Below, in pieces: positions 8,595-14,939 of a stretch of 14,939 nt of DNA. The stretch lies in sequence record PX306536.1; one strand, given 5' to 3'. The translations under genes were made by a program, and so were the position numbers. The notes beneath the pieces were generated by a model. It saw only the letters and a program-made list of their open reading frames with translations, was not told the DNA's origin and ran no database searches. Positions within the stretch are counted from its first letter, which is position 1. Each line of letters begins with the position of its first letter. This stretch comes from a phage.

Positions 8595-9782
8595 ATGGCA
8601 CAGGTTCAACAACTGACCCCCGCTCAACAGGCGGCATTGCGCAATCAGCAGGCTATGGCGGCAAACTTGCAGGCCCGTCAAATTGTCCTGCAACAGTCTT
8701 ACCCTGTTATCCAGCAGGTTGAAACGCAAACTTTCGACCCGGCTAACCGTTCCGTGTTTGACGTGACCCCGGCGAACGTGGGCATTGTCAAAGGCTTTTT
8801 GGTGAAGGTAACGGCGGCTATCAAAAATAACCACGCTACCGAAGCGGTGGCCCTTACTGACTTCGGCCCGGCTAACCTTGTTCAACGTGTCATTTATTAT
8901 GACCCGGACAACCAGCGCCACACTGAAACCAGCGGCTGGCATTTGCATTTTGTGAATACCGCCAAACAAGGTGCGCCGTTCCTTTCCAGCATGGTAACGG
9001 ATTCGCCCATTAAGTACGGCGATGTTATGAACGTCATTGATGCCCCGGCAACTATTGCGGCGGGCGCTACTGGCGAACTGACCATGTACTATTGGGTTCC
9101 GCTTGCCTATTCCGAAACCGATTTGACCGGGGCGGTTTTGGCGAACGTGCCGCAAAGTAAGCAGCGCCTGAAACTGGAATTTGCGAACAACAATACCGCC
9201 TTTGCGGCGGTGGGCGCTAATCCGCTGGAAGCGATTTATCAGGGCGCGGGCGCGGCTGATTGCGAGTTTGAAGAAATTTCTTACACCGTTTATCAGTCTT
9301 ACCTTGACCAACTGCCGGTAGGCCAGAACGGTTATATCCTGCCGCTGATTGACCTTTCCACTTTGTACAATCTGGAAAACAGCGCACAGGCAGGGCTTAC
9401 CCCTAACGTGGATTTTGTGGTGCAGTATGCAAACCTGTATCGCTACCTTTCCACAATCGCGGTATTCGATAACGGCGGCAGCTTCAATGCTGGCACCGAT
9501 ATTAACTACCTTAGCCAGCGCACGGCTAACTTTTCGGATACCCGGAAACTTGACCCGAAAACGTGGGCCGCGCAAACTCGCCGCCGTATCGCTACCGATT
9601 TTCCGAAGGGCGTTTATTATTGCGACAACCGCGATAAGCCGATTTACACCCTTCAATATGGTAACGTGGGCTTTGTCGTGAATCCTAAAACGGTCAATCA
9701 AAATGCCCGTTTGCTGATGGGTTACGAATACTTCACCAGCCGCACCGAACTGGTGAATGCTGGCACCATTTCCACCACTTAA
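8595..9782 (+). CDS. III: Major capsid protein P3 (double jelly-roll), 395 aa
   Basis: 395-aa ORF beginning MAQVQQLTPAQQAAL, which matches my recollection of the PRD1 P3 N-terminus; correct size and position. Confidence 0.95.
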   Translation: MAQVQQLTPAQQAALRNQQAMAANLQARQIVLQQSYPVIQQVETQTFDPANRSVFDVTPANVGIVKGFLVKVTAAIKNNHATEAVALTDFGPANLVQRVIYYDPDNQRHTETSGWHLHFVNTAKQGAPFLSSMVTDSPIKYGDVMNVIDAPATIAAGATGELTMYYWVPLAYSETDLTGAVLANVPQSKQRLKLEFANNNTAFAAVGANPLEAIYQGAGAADCEFEEISYTVYQSYLDQLPVGQNGYILPLIDLSTLYNLENSAQAGLTPNVDFVVQYANLYRYLSTIAVFDNGGSFNAGTDINYLSQRTANFSDTRKLDPKTWAAQTRRRIATDFPKGVYYCDNRDKPIYTLQYGNVGFVVNPKTVNQNARLLMGYEYFTSRTELVNAGTISTT

Positions 9783-9800
9783 TAAAGGGGGCATTCCGCC

Positions 9801-9944
9801 ATGCAGCTAATCACTGATATGGCGGAATGGTCTAAAAAGCCATTCCGCCCTGATATGTCGCTAACCGGCTGGCTTGCGTTTGTGGGCCTAATCATTGTTG
9901 CCATTATCCTTTGGCAGCAAATTATCCGTTTCATTATCGAATAA
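9801..9944 (+). CDS. Small membrane protein, 47 aa (size matches PRD1 P22; assignment uncertain)
   Basis: ATG at 9801 after GGGGG; one transmembrane helix; start codon sits in the left arm of an 11-bp inverted repeat, with an in-frame Met7 at 9819. Confidence 0.5.
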   Translation: MQLITDMAEWSKKPFRPDMSLTGWLAFVGLIIVAIILWQQIIRFIIE

Positions 9945-9954
9945 GGAAACTACC

Positions 9955-10038
9955 ATGAAAATTTTCGGCATTTCTGTTTTCACAATCGCCCTTATTGCCT
10001 TGGCTTACTACCTTGGCACTAAGCGCATTATCGGGTAA
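9955..10038 (+). CDS. Small hydrophobic protein, 27 aa (unnamed ORF)
   Basis: ATG at 9955 with RBS AAGGA (9943-9947); the translation is essentially one transmembrane helix. Confidence 0.4.
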   Translation: MKIFGISVFTIALIALAYYLGTKRIIG

Positions 10039-10043
10039 CGATT

Positions 10044-10166
10044 ATGCGCGGCAATTTGGCGCTTGCCATGATTCTATTTGGCTTTGTCGTGTATGCCGCA
10101 AATAGCGGCGCTTTCGGGCGCTTGCTTTATGTAATCGGGTTCCGCGATAAACCGGAGGGATATTAA
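10044..10166 (+). CDS. Small membrane protein, 40 aa (unnamed ORF)
   Basis: ATG at 10044 with a weak RBS; hydrophobic core ILFGFVVYAA; fills the gap before XVIII exactly. Confidence 0.35.
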   Translation: MRGNLALAMILFGFVVYAANSGAFGRLLYVIGFRDKPEGY

Positions 10167-10167
10167 T

Positions 10168-10440
10168 ATGCCCTTCGGTTTAATCGTTATTGGAATCATC
10201 CTTGCAATAGCCGCTTACCGCGATACGCTTGGCGAATTGTTTAGCATCATTAAGGACGTTTCAAAAGATGCTAAGGGGTTTGGCTATTGGGTATTGGCGG
10301 CGGTTATTTTGGGATTCGCGGCAAGTATCAAGCCAATAAAAGAGCCGGTTAATGCGTTTATGATTTTGCTGATGATTGTTCTACTAATCCGCAAGCGTGG
10401 CGCTATTGACCAAATTTCTAACCAACTAAGGGGCAGCTAA
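10168..10440 (+). CDS. XVIII: Membrane DNA-delivery protein P18, 90 aa
   Basis: Strong RBS GGAGGGA (10153-10159); two hydrophobic segments; size matches PRD1 P18. Confidence 0.75.
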   Translation: MPFGLIVIGIILAIAAYRDTLGELFSIIKDVSKDAKGFGYWVLAAVILGFAASIKPIKEPVNAFMILLMIVLLIRKRGAIDQISNQLRGS

Positions 10441-10604
10441 TGGGCGAGTTTGGCAAAACCCTAATAACGATTGTGACGGCTATTATTGGCGTTGCAATTA
10501 TTGCCGTTATCGTGTCACAGCGAAGTAATACGGCTGGCGTGATTCAATCCGCCACAAGCGGATTTTCCAATATCCTTAAATCGGCGCTTGCGCCTATCAT
10601 TTAA
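10440..10604 (+). CDS. XXXII: Membrane DNA-delivery protein P32, 54 aa
   Basis: TAATG overlap with XVIII, RBS AAGGGG; transmembrane helix followed by NTAGVI motif; paralog of the next ORF. Confidence 0.7.
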   Translation: MGEFGKTLITIVTAIIGVAIIAVIVSQRSNTAGVIQSATSGFSNILKSALAPII

Positions 10605-10616
10605 AAGGTGAATGAC

Positions 10617-10823
10617 ATGAATGATTTTGTTGGCCCTATCGTTACCGTTTTGACCGCTATTATCGGCGTGGCAATTCTTGCCGTGCTGGTTAGCCGCAAC
10701 AGTAATACCGCTGGCGTTATCAAGGCCGGTTCCGGTGGCTTTTCCAGTATGCTAGGCACGGCGCTTTCGCCTGTTACTGGTGGCACTGGTTTTGCCATGA
10801 CCAATAATTACAGCGGTTTTTAA
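10617..10823 (+). CDS. XXXIV: Membrane protein P34, 68 aa, paralog of P32
   Basis: ATG at 10617 with RBS AAAGGTGA; the track's 10608 start is a GTG. Shares TAIIGVAI-x-AV-x-VS-x-SNTAGVI with P32. Confidence 0.7.
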   Translation: MNDFVGPIVTVLTAIIGVAILAVLVSRNSNTAGVIKAGSGGFSSMLGTALSPVTGGTGFAMTNNYSGF

Positions 10824-10832
10824 GGGGGTAAC

Positions 10833-11087
10833 ATGGCACTGATTAATCCGCAATTTCCATACGCGGGGCCGGTGCCGATTCCCGGCCCTGCCCCTACCGA
10901 AACCATGCCGCTTTTGAATTACCGGGTAGAAGGCCGCATTGCTGGTATTCAGCAGGCGCGGCAGTTTATGCCGTTCCTGCAAGGGCCGCACCGGGCGGTA
11001 GCCGAACAAACCTATCACGCGATTGGTACAGGTATTCAAATGGGGCAAACATTCAATCAGCCCTTGATTAACACTCAAGAGGGCTAA
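10833..11087 (+). CDS. XXX: Minor capsid protein P30 (capsid-stabilising / tape-measure-like), 84 aa
   Basis: 84-aa Pro-rich extended protein with RBS AAGGGGG upstream; size matches PRD1 P30. Confidence 0.75.
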   Translation: MALINPQFPYAGPVPIPGPAPTETMPLLNYRVEGRIAGIQQARQFMPFLQGPHRAVAEQTYHAIGTGIQMGQTFNQPLINTQEG

Positions 11088-11089
11088 GG

Positions 11090-11200
11090 ATGAAAACCGC
11101 CATTTTTATATTGGCTGTAATGTTTGCGGCTTTGCTTTGGCTAGGCCGCGAGCATTGCATTTTGTGCCAATGGTTCAAACGCATTTCAAACGGGGCTTAA
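11090..11200 (+). CDS. Small membrane protein, 36 aa (unnamed ORF)
   Basis: ATG at 11090 following GAGGG; transmembrane helix FILAVMFAALLWL; exactly fills the XXX-XI gap. Confidence 0.4.
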   Translation: MKTAIFILAVMFAALLWLGREHCILCQWFKRISNGA

Positions 11201-11201
11201 T

Positions 11202-11825
11202 ATGGAAAAGGTAAAAGCATGGCTCATTAAATATAAGTGGTGGATTGTGGCGGCTATTGGTGGCCTTGCCGCATTTCTGCTACTTAAAAACCGTGGCGGT
11301 GGTGGCGGCGGCGGCGGTGAATATATGGTAGGAAGCGGGCCGGTTTATCAGCAGGCCGGAAGCGGCGCGGTGGATAACACTATGGCGCTTGCTGCCCTGC
11401 AAGCCAATACGCAACTATCCGCACAGAATGCACAATTGCAGGCGCAAATGGACGCCAGCCGTTTGCAGCTTGAAACCCAATTGAACATTGAAACGCTTGC
11501 CGCTGATAACGCGCATTACAGCACGCAAAGCCAATTGCAGCTTGGCATGGCGCAAGTGGATTTGTCTAAATACCTTGGCGACCTGCAAAGCACCACTAGC
11601 ACGGCGCTTGCTGGTATGCAATCCGATACCGCCAAGTATCAAAGCAATATCCAATTGCAGGCCGAAAATATCCGCGCTAATACTTCACTTGCTGAAATTG
11701 ACGCGCAAAAATACATTGTCGGCAAACAAGCCGATATTGCCAAGTATCAAGCGAAAACAGAACGGCGCGGGCAGGACTACGGTTTTGCTTTGGGCTTGCT
11801 GAATTTCGGCGGCAAATTCTTTTAA
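11202..11825 (+). CDS. XI: DNA-delivery protein P11, 207 aa, with N-terminal membrane anchor, Gly8 linker and Gln-rich domain
   Basis: 207-aa ORF; Gly8 at 11295-11318; Q/A-rich repetitive body; size matches PRD1 P11. Confidence 0.85.
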   Translation: MEKVKAWLIKYKWWIVAAIGGLAAFLLLKNRGGGGGGGGEYMVGSGPVYQQAGSGAVDNTMALAALQANTQLSAQNAQLQAQMDASRLQLETQLNIETLAADNAHYSTQSQLQLGMAQVDLSKYLGDLQSTTSTALAGMQSDTAKYQSNIQLQAENIRANTSLAEIDAQKYIVGKQADIAKYQAKTERRGQDYGFALGLLNFGGKFF

Positions 11826-11835
11826 GGGGTAAATC

Positions 11836-12189
11836 ATGGACAAAAAGAAATTGCTTTATTGGGTGGGCGGCGGGCTGGTGCTGATTCTTATCTGGCTTTG
11901 GTTCCGCAATCGACCAGCCGCGCAAGTGGCAAGCAATTGGGAAGGCCCGCCGTATATGACGTATAACCAGCCGCAAGCCGGTAGCGTCACCCTGCCGGTG
12001 GCTGGCTATACTTCGCCTTCCCTGACACTGCCGAACCGCAACCGTTCATGCGGTTGTAACCCGGCAGTATCGGCAGCAATGGCACAGGGCGCGGATTTGG
12101 CAAGTAAATTGACTGAAAGCATTTCCAGCCAGCTTAATAACTATGCCGAAAGTCTTAATGATTATTTGGCTTCACAAGCGGGGGTTTAA
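11836..12189 (+). CDS. XVI: Vertex-membrane linker / infectivity protein P16, 117 aa
   Basis: RBS AAGGGG; N-terminal transmembrane helix; size matches PRD1 P16. Confidence 0.75.
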   Translation: MDKKKLLYWVGGGLVLILIWLWFRNRPAAQVASNWEGPPYMTYNQPQAGSVTLPVAGYTSPSLTLPNRNRSCGCNPAVSAAMAQGADLASKLTESISSQLNNYAESLNDYLASQAGV

Positions 12190-12999
12190 ATGGCTGGTGC
12201 GCTGCAATGGTGGGAAACTATCGGCGCGGCTTCGGCGCAATATAACCTTGACCCGCGCCTAGTGGCCGGGGTTGTCCAAACGGAATCATCCGGCAACCCC
12301 CGCGCCATTTCAGGCGCGGGCGCTATGGGTTTAATGCAGCTTATGCCAGCGACCGCCAAAAGTTTAGGCGTAACAAACGCCTATGACCCTACACAAAACA
12401 TTTATGGTGGCGCGGCCCTTTTGCGTGAAAACCTTGATAGATACGGCGATGTTAATACGGCGTTGCTTGCTTATCACGGCGGAACTAATCAAGCAAATTG
12501 GGGCGCTAAAACAAAATCTTATCCGGGTAAGGTTATGGAAAATATCAATTTGCTTTTCGGTAATAGCGGCCCGGTAGTAACGCCAGCGGCAGGAATTGCG
12601 CCAGTATCCGGGGCGCAAGAAATGACCGCCGTTAATATCAGCGACTATACCGCGCCTGATTTAACGGGGCTTACTATGGGGGCGGGTAGTCCTGAATTTA
12701 CAGGCGGGGCTAGTGGTTCATGGGGCGAAGAAACGCCAGAAGAAAACGTGCCGTGGTATCGCGTAGATAAGCACGTTGCGAACGCGGCGGGTTCCGCTTA
12801 TGACGCGGTGGCAGGGGCAGTAAGCGCACCAGTGGAAGCGGCAGGAAACTACGCCTTGCGGGGCGTGGTAATTATTGCGGCGGTGGCAATTGTTGTTGTT
12901 GGTTTGTACTTCCTTTTTCAAGATGAAATTAACAGCGCCGCCATGAAGATGATTCCAGCCGGTAAGGCGGCAGGGGCAGCGGCTAAGGCAATGTCATGA
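12190..12999 (+). CDS. VII: Virion lytic transglycosylase P7 (SLT domain) with C-terminal membrane anchor, 269 aa; C-terminal portion may also be made as P14
   Basis: SLT catalytic signature VVQTESSGNPRAISGAGAMGLMQLMPATA; C-terminal transmembrane helix VVIIAAVAIVVVGLYFLF. Confidence 0.9.
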   Translation: MAGALQWWETIGAASAQYNLDPRLVAGVVQTESSGNPRAISGAGAMGLMQLMPATAKSLGVTNAYDPTQNIYGGAALLRENLDRYGDVNTALLAYHGGTNQANWGAKTKSYPGKVMENINLLFGNSGPVVTPAAGIAPVSGAQEMTAVNISDYTAPDLTGLTMGAGSPEFTGGASGSWGEETPEENVPWYRVDKHVANAAGSAYDAVAGAVSAPVEAAGNYALRGVVIIAAVAIVVVGLYFLFQDEINSAAMKMIPAGKAAGAAAKAMS

Positions 13000-13349
13000 T
13001 GGGAAATGATGAATGGTGGAAGTATCTAATTTTTCCGCTAGTGGCTACGCTTGGCGGAATTGTCAATTACTCAAAAAGGGCGCTTGCCATGAAACGCTTT
13101 TCTAAACTTGAATTTGCGGTTGAAGCGGTAAGCGCCGCGTTTGTGGGCTTGATGGTAACGCTAGGCGGGGCGGCTATGGATTTATCGCCGCACTGGCTAG
13201 GCATGGCGGCGGGAATGTCTGGATGGATGGGCGCGGATTTTGTCAAGGCGGTTTTCTCGCAATTTGTGCAAAGCAAGATTGGCCCTATCAATCAGCCGGG
13301 GCCGATAGATTCCGACAATGACAAGCCGGGGCGAACCTTCAATGATTAA
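12996..13349 (+). CDS. XXXV: Holin P35, 117 aa
   Basis: Multiple hydrophobic helices with a charged C-terminus, located directly upstream of a spanin pair; ATGTCATGATG overlap with the VII stop. Confidence 0.8.
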   Translation: MMGNDEWWKYLIFPLVATLGGIVNYSKRALAMKRFSKLEFAVEAVSAAFVGLMVTLGGAAMDLSPHWLGMAAGMSGWMGADFVKAVFSQFVQSKIGPINQPGPIDSDNDKPGRTFND

Positions 13350-13704
13350 ATGGGTTTTGTCTAACCTGAAAAGCGTGGCCGCTATTGCGGTTGCGCTTTT
13401 AATGCTTGCTAACTTTGGTTATTCAATTTTAGCGGCTAAAAAAATAACGGGGCTTCAAAATGAAATTAAAGCCATTGAAGAAAAGGCGACCGCAAACGCC
13501 AAAGCGGTGGAAGCCCTTCAATCAGTACGCGCAAGCGATGCGAAAGCAATCGCGGCAATTCAGGAAGGCCAGACAATTATCAGCGGCAAACTTAGCCGAA
13601 CAATTAGCGGATTGGGAAGGGTAAGCGATGAAACTAAACAAATTCTTGATAGTCCTATGCCTGCCGATGTTCGCGGCTTGTTCAACAACAGCCCCGAAAA
13701 TTGA
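13318..13704 (+). CDS. XXXVI: Rz-like inner-membrane spanin P36 (alternative start ATG 13342)
   Basis: N-terminal transmembrane helix followed by a coiled-coil-like periplasmic domain; overlaps the holin 3' end. Confidence 0.7.
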   Translation: MTSRGEPSMIKWVLSNLKSVAAIAVALLMLANFGYSILAAKKITGLQNEIKAIEEKATANAKAVEALQSVRASDAKAIAAIQEGQTIISGKLSRTISGLGRVSDETKQILDSPMPADVRGLFNNSPEN

Positions 13705-13900
13705 AACCGTTTATCTGGTTCCGCCGCCAAGCCTGCTAACTGAATGCGCCGCGCCTGTTTATCCGTTTATAACGTGGCGGGATTTGGTGGAAGCATACGC
13801 AAAAGAAAAGGCCGCAAGGGAATCATGCGGCCTTCAAATTCAAGAAATAAAAAACTGGTTTAAAGAAACAGTTCCAAGCGAAAGCCGAAAGTTTCAGTAA
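13628..13900 (+). CDS. XXXVII: Rz1-like outer-membrane lipoprotein spanin P37, 90 aa, overlapping the XXXVI 3' end in another frame
   Basis: Signal peptide with lipobox-like FAAC then Pro-rich VPPPS; own RBS GGGAAGGG (13612-13619). Confidence 0.7.
   Translation: MKLNKFLIVLCLPMFAACSTTAPKIETVYLVPPPSLLTECAAPVYPFITWRDLVEAYAKEKAARESCGLQIQEIKNWFKETVPSESRKFQ
13801..13834 (-). terminator. Intrinsic terminator for the leftward early transcript, embedded in the XXXVII coding sequence
   Basis: 9-bp GC-rich stem AAGGCCGCA/TGCGGCCTT (13808-13816 and 13826-13834) with a 9-nt loop, followed on the minus strand by UUCUUUUG; lies 26 nt beyond the gene XIX stop. Confidence 0.55.
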
Positions 13901-14144
13901 TCAGCTTGCCAAGCCATTCAGCTTGCGTAACGCCAGCGGGCGTAAAACCGTTATCGGCAAACCGCAAATCAAAATGTTCGCTTACCACGCGGATAGCGCC
14001 CTTGACTTGATAAACAGCGGCAAGCGCGGTGCTGCCATACATAAGCGATGAAGCAAAAGGCGTTTGTCCAAAGTCGCCGGGAATGGACACAAAATAAAAT
14101 GCCTTCGGGCATTCAGGGCGGTTATTTTCGGTTTGCTTTTCCAT
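13860..14144 (-). CDS. XIX: ssDNA-binding protein P19, 94 aa
   Basis: Minus-strand ORF with RBS AAAGGTAAC upstream; second gene of the right early operon; 3' end overlaps XXXVII convergently. Confidence 0.75.
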   Translation of the reverse strand: MEKQTENNRPECPKAFYFVSIPGDFGQTPFASSLMYGSTALAAVYQVKGAIRVVSEHFDLRFADNGFTPAGVTQAEWLGKLITETFGFRLELFL

Positions 14145-14177
14145 GTTTGTTACCTTTGAATTTGAAGGGTAAAGAAT

Positions 14178-14204
14178 GGCCCCGCGCTGGTATCAGCCGG
14201 GGCC
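14178..14204 (-). other. GC-rich stem-loop in the XII-XIX intergenic region (possible attenuator or RNA stability element)
   Basis: GGCCCCG...CGGGGCC with extra inner pairing, roughly 11 bp with one bulge and a 4-nt loop; followed on the minus strand by AUUCUUUA. Confidence 0.4.
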
Positions 14205-14216
14205 GTGGCGCGTTGA

Positions 14217-14699
14217 TTAGGCTTCGGCCTTGGCCTTGGCCTTGGCGGCGGGCTTGGCTTCGCCAGCGGCTTCACCGGCAGCGGCAGGGGCAGGCAGCGC
14301 GGCCTTAACCTGATTGCGAAGCGCGGCCAGTTCATCCGATGCGGCGGGTTCAATCAGCGGCTTGACACCGTATTCATAACCAGTGTTGCCCTTTTCGGAA
14401 GGCTTGGCCCAAATTTCAACCGCAAAATCAACCGTGTTTTCACCATCCACGGCACCGGCAAGCAGGCTTTCCAGTACCTTCGGCAGAATCAGCGCACCGG
14501 AACGGAACACTTCACCAGTGGCGATATTCACGCCTTCAAATTCACCTTCAAACTTGATGAAGTCGCCAAAGGTGGATTGACCAACTTTCTTACCGCGAAC
14601 GCGGCCATAGATGGAAGCCAGCGCGGTATTTTCCTTGATGCTGTGCGGCTTCGGTTGTGCGCCAATGGTTTTCAGAGTCAGCTTGCTTACGATTTCCAT
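14217..14699 (-). CDS. XII: ssDNA-binding protein P12, 160 aa, with Ala/Lys-rich C-terminal tail
   Basis: 160-aa minus-strand ORF, first gene inside the right ITR; RBS AAAGGTAAC; tail AAKAKAKAEA encoded by a GGCCTT x3 repeat. Confidence 0.88.
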   Translation of the reverse strand: MEIVSKLTLKTIGAQPKPHSIKENTALASIYGRVRGKKVGQSTFGDFIKFEGEFEGVNIATGEVFRSGALILPKVLESLLAGAVDGENTVDFAVEIWAKPSEKGNTGYEYGVKPLIEPAASDELAALRNQVKAALPAPAAAGEAAGEAKPAAKAKAKAEA

Positions 14700-14768
14700 G
14701 ATAGTTACCTTTAAAGTTAAGTGGAAGTTATCGGCGGGGGTTTTGTGTTTGCCCTTTCGATGATTGAA

Positions 14769-14796
14769 ATTATACGCGCATTTTTAGGACGTGCAA
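14769..14796 (-). promoter_or_regulatory. Sigma70-like early promoter for the right early operon (XII-XIX)
   Basis: On the minus strand: TTGCAC (14791-14796), 16-nt spacer, consensus TATAAT (14769-14774), AT-rich upstream; about 70 nt upstream of the XII ATG. Confidence 0.6.
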
Positions 14797-14829
14797 TAGT
14801 TATGACGAAAATAAATCAAAATTTTATTC

Positions 14830-14939
14830 CTATCGCTTTTCCGTTTGTGATAGTTCGGGCCTATCGGATGCAGGGGGTATTGACAGACGGAAATAAAAAT
14901 GTTAGGGGCGCGGGTAGGTGGGGAGGGGCACGTATCCCC
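14830..14939. repeat. Right inverted terminal repeat (110 bp), genome terminus ending CCCC
   Basis: Exact reverse complement of positions 1-110. Confidence 0.95.

Noticed and set aside
8589-9794. 401-aa minus-strand ORF
   Set aside because: It is exactly antisense to the capsid gene III, which has a strong start, RBS and recognisable N-terminus; the translation is low-complexity and Arg-rich.
1-14939. Possibility of a novel defence system or integrated mobile element
   Set aside because: The whole window is accounted for by a self-contained tectivirus gene set with ITR termini; there is no integrase, attachment-site repeat, CRISPR array, toxin-antitoxin-like pair or host flanking sequence.

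Overview
The window appears to be a complete linear dsDNA genome of a PRD1-like tectivirus (Alphatectivirus): 14,939 bp bounded by perfect 110-bp inverted terminal repeats. This is a well-described system rather than a novel one; I found no tRNA, rRNA, CRISPR array or integrase. Early protein-primed replication genes sit at both ends and are transcribed inward: terminal protein plus a small family-B DNA polymerase on the left (+ strand), and two ssDNA-binding proteins on the right (- strand). Between them lies a tightly packed rightward late block with frequent TAATG/ATGA start-stop overlaps: muramidase, receptor-binding protein, penton and spike, assembly and packaging proteins including a Walker ATPase, the major capsid protein, small membrane and DNA-delivery proteins, a lytic transglycosylase, holin and overlapping spanins. 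Protein names rest on recalled PRD1 protein lengths and N-terminal sequences plus motifs read directly from the translations; no database search was run. The points most worth a second look are a minus-strand intrinsic terminator embedded in the o-spanin coding sequence, a 36-nt duplication inside the overprinted VI/X region that creates two AT-hook-like motifs, and three paralogous gene pairs.
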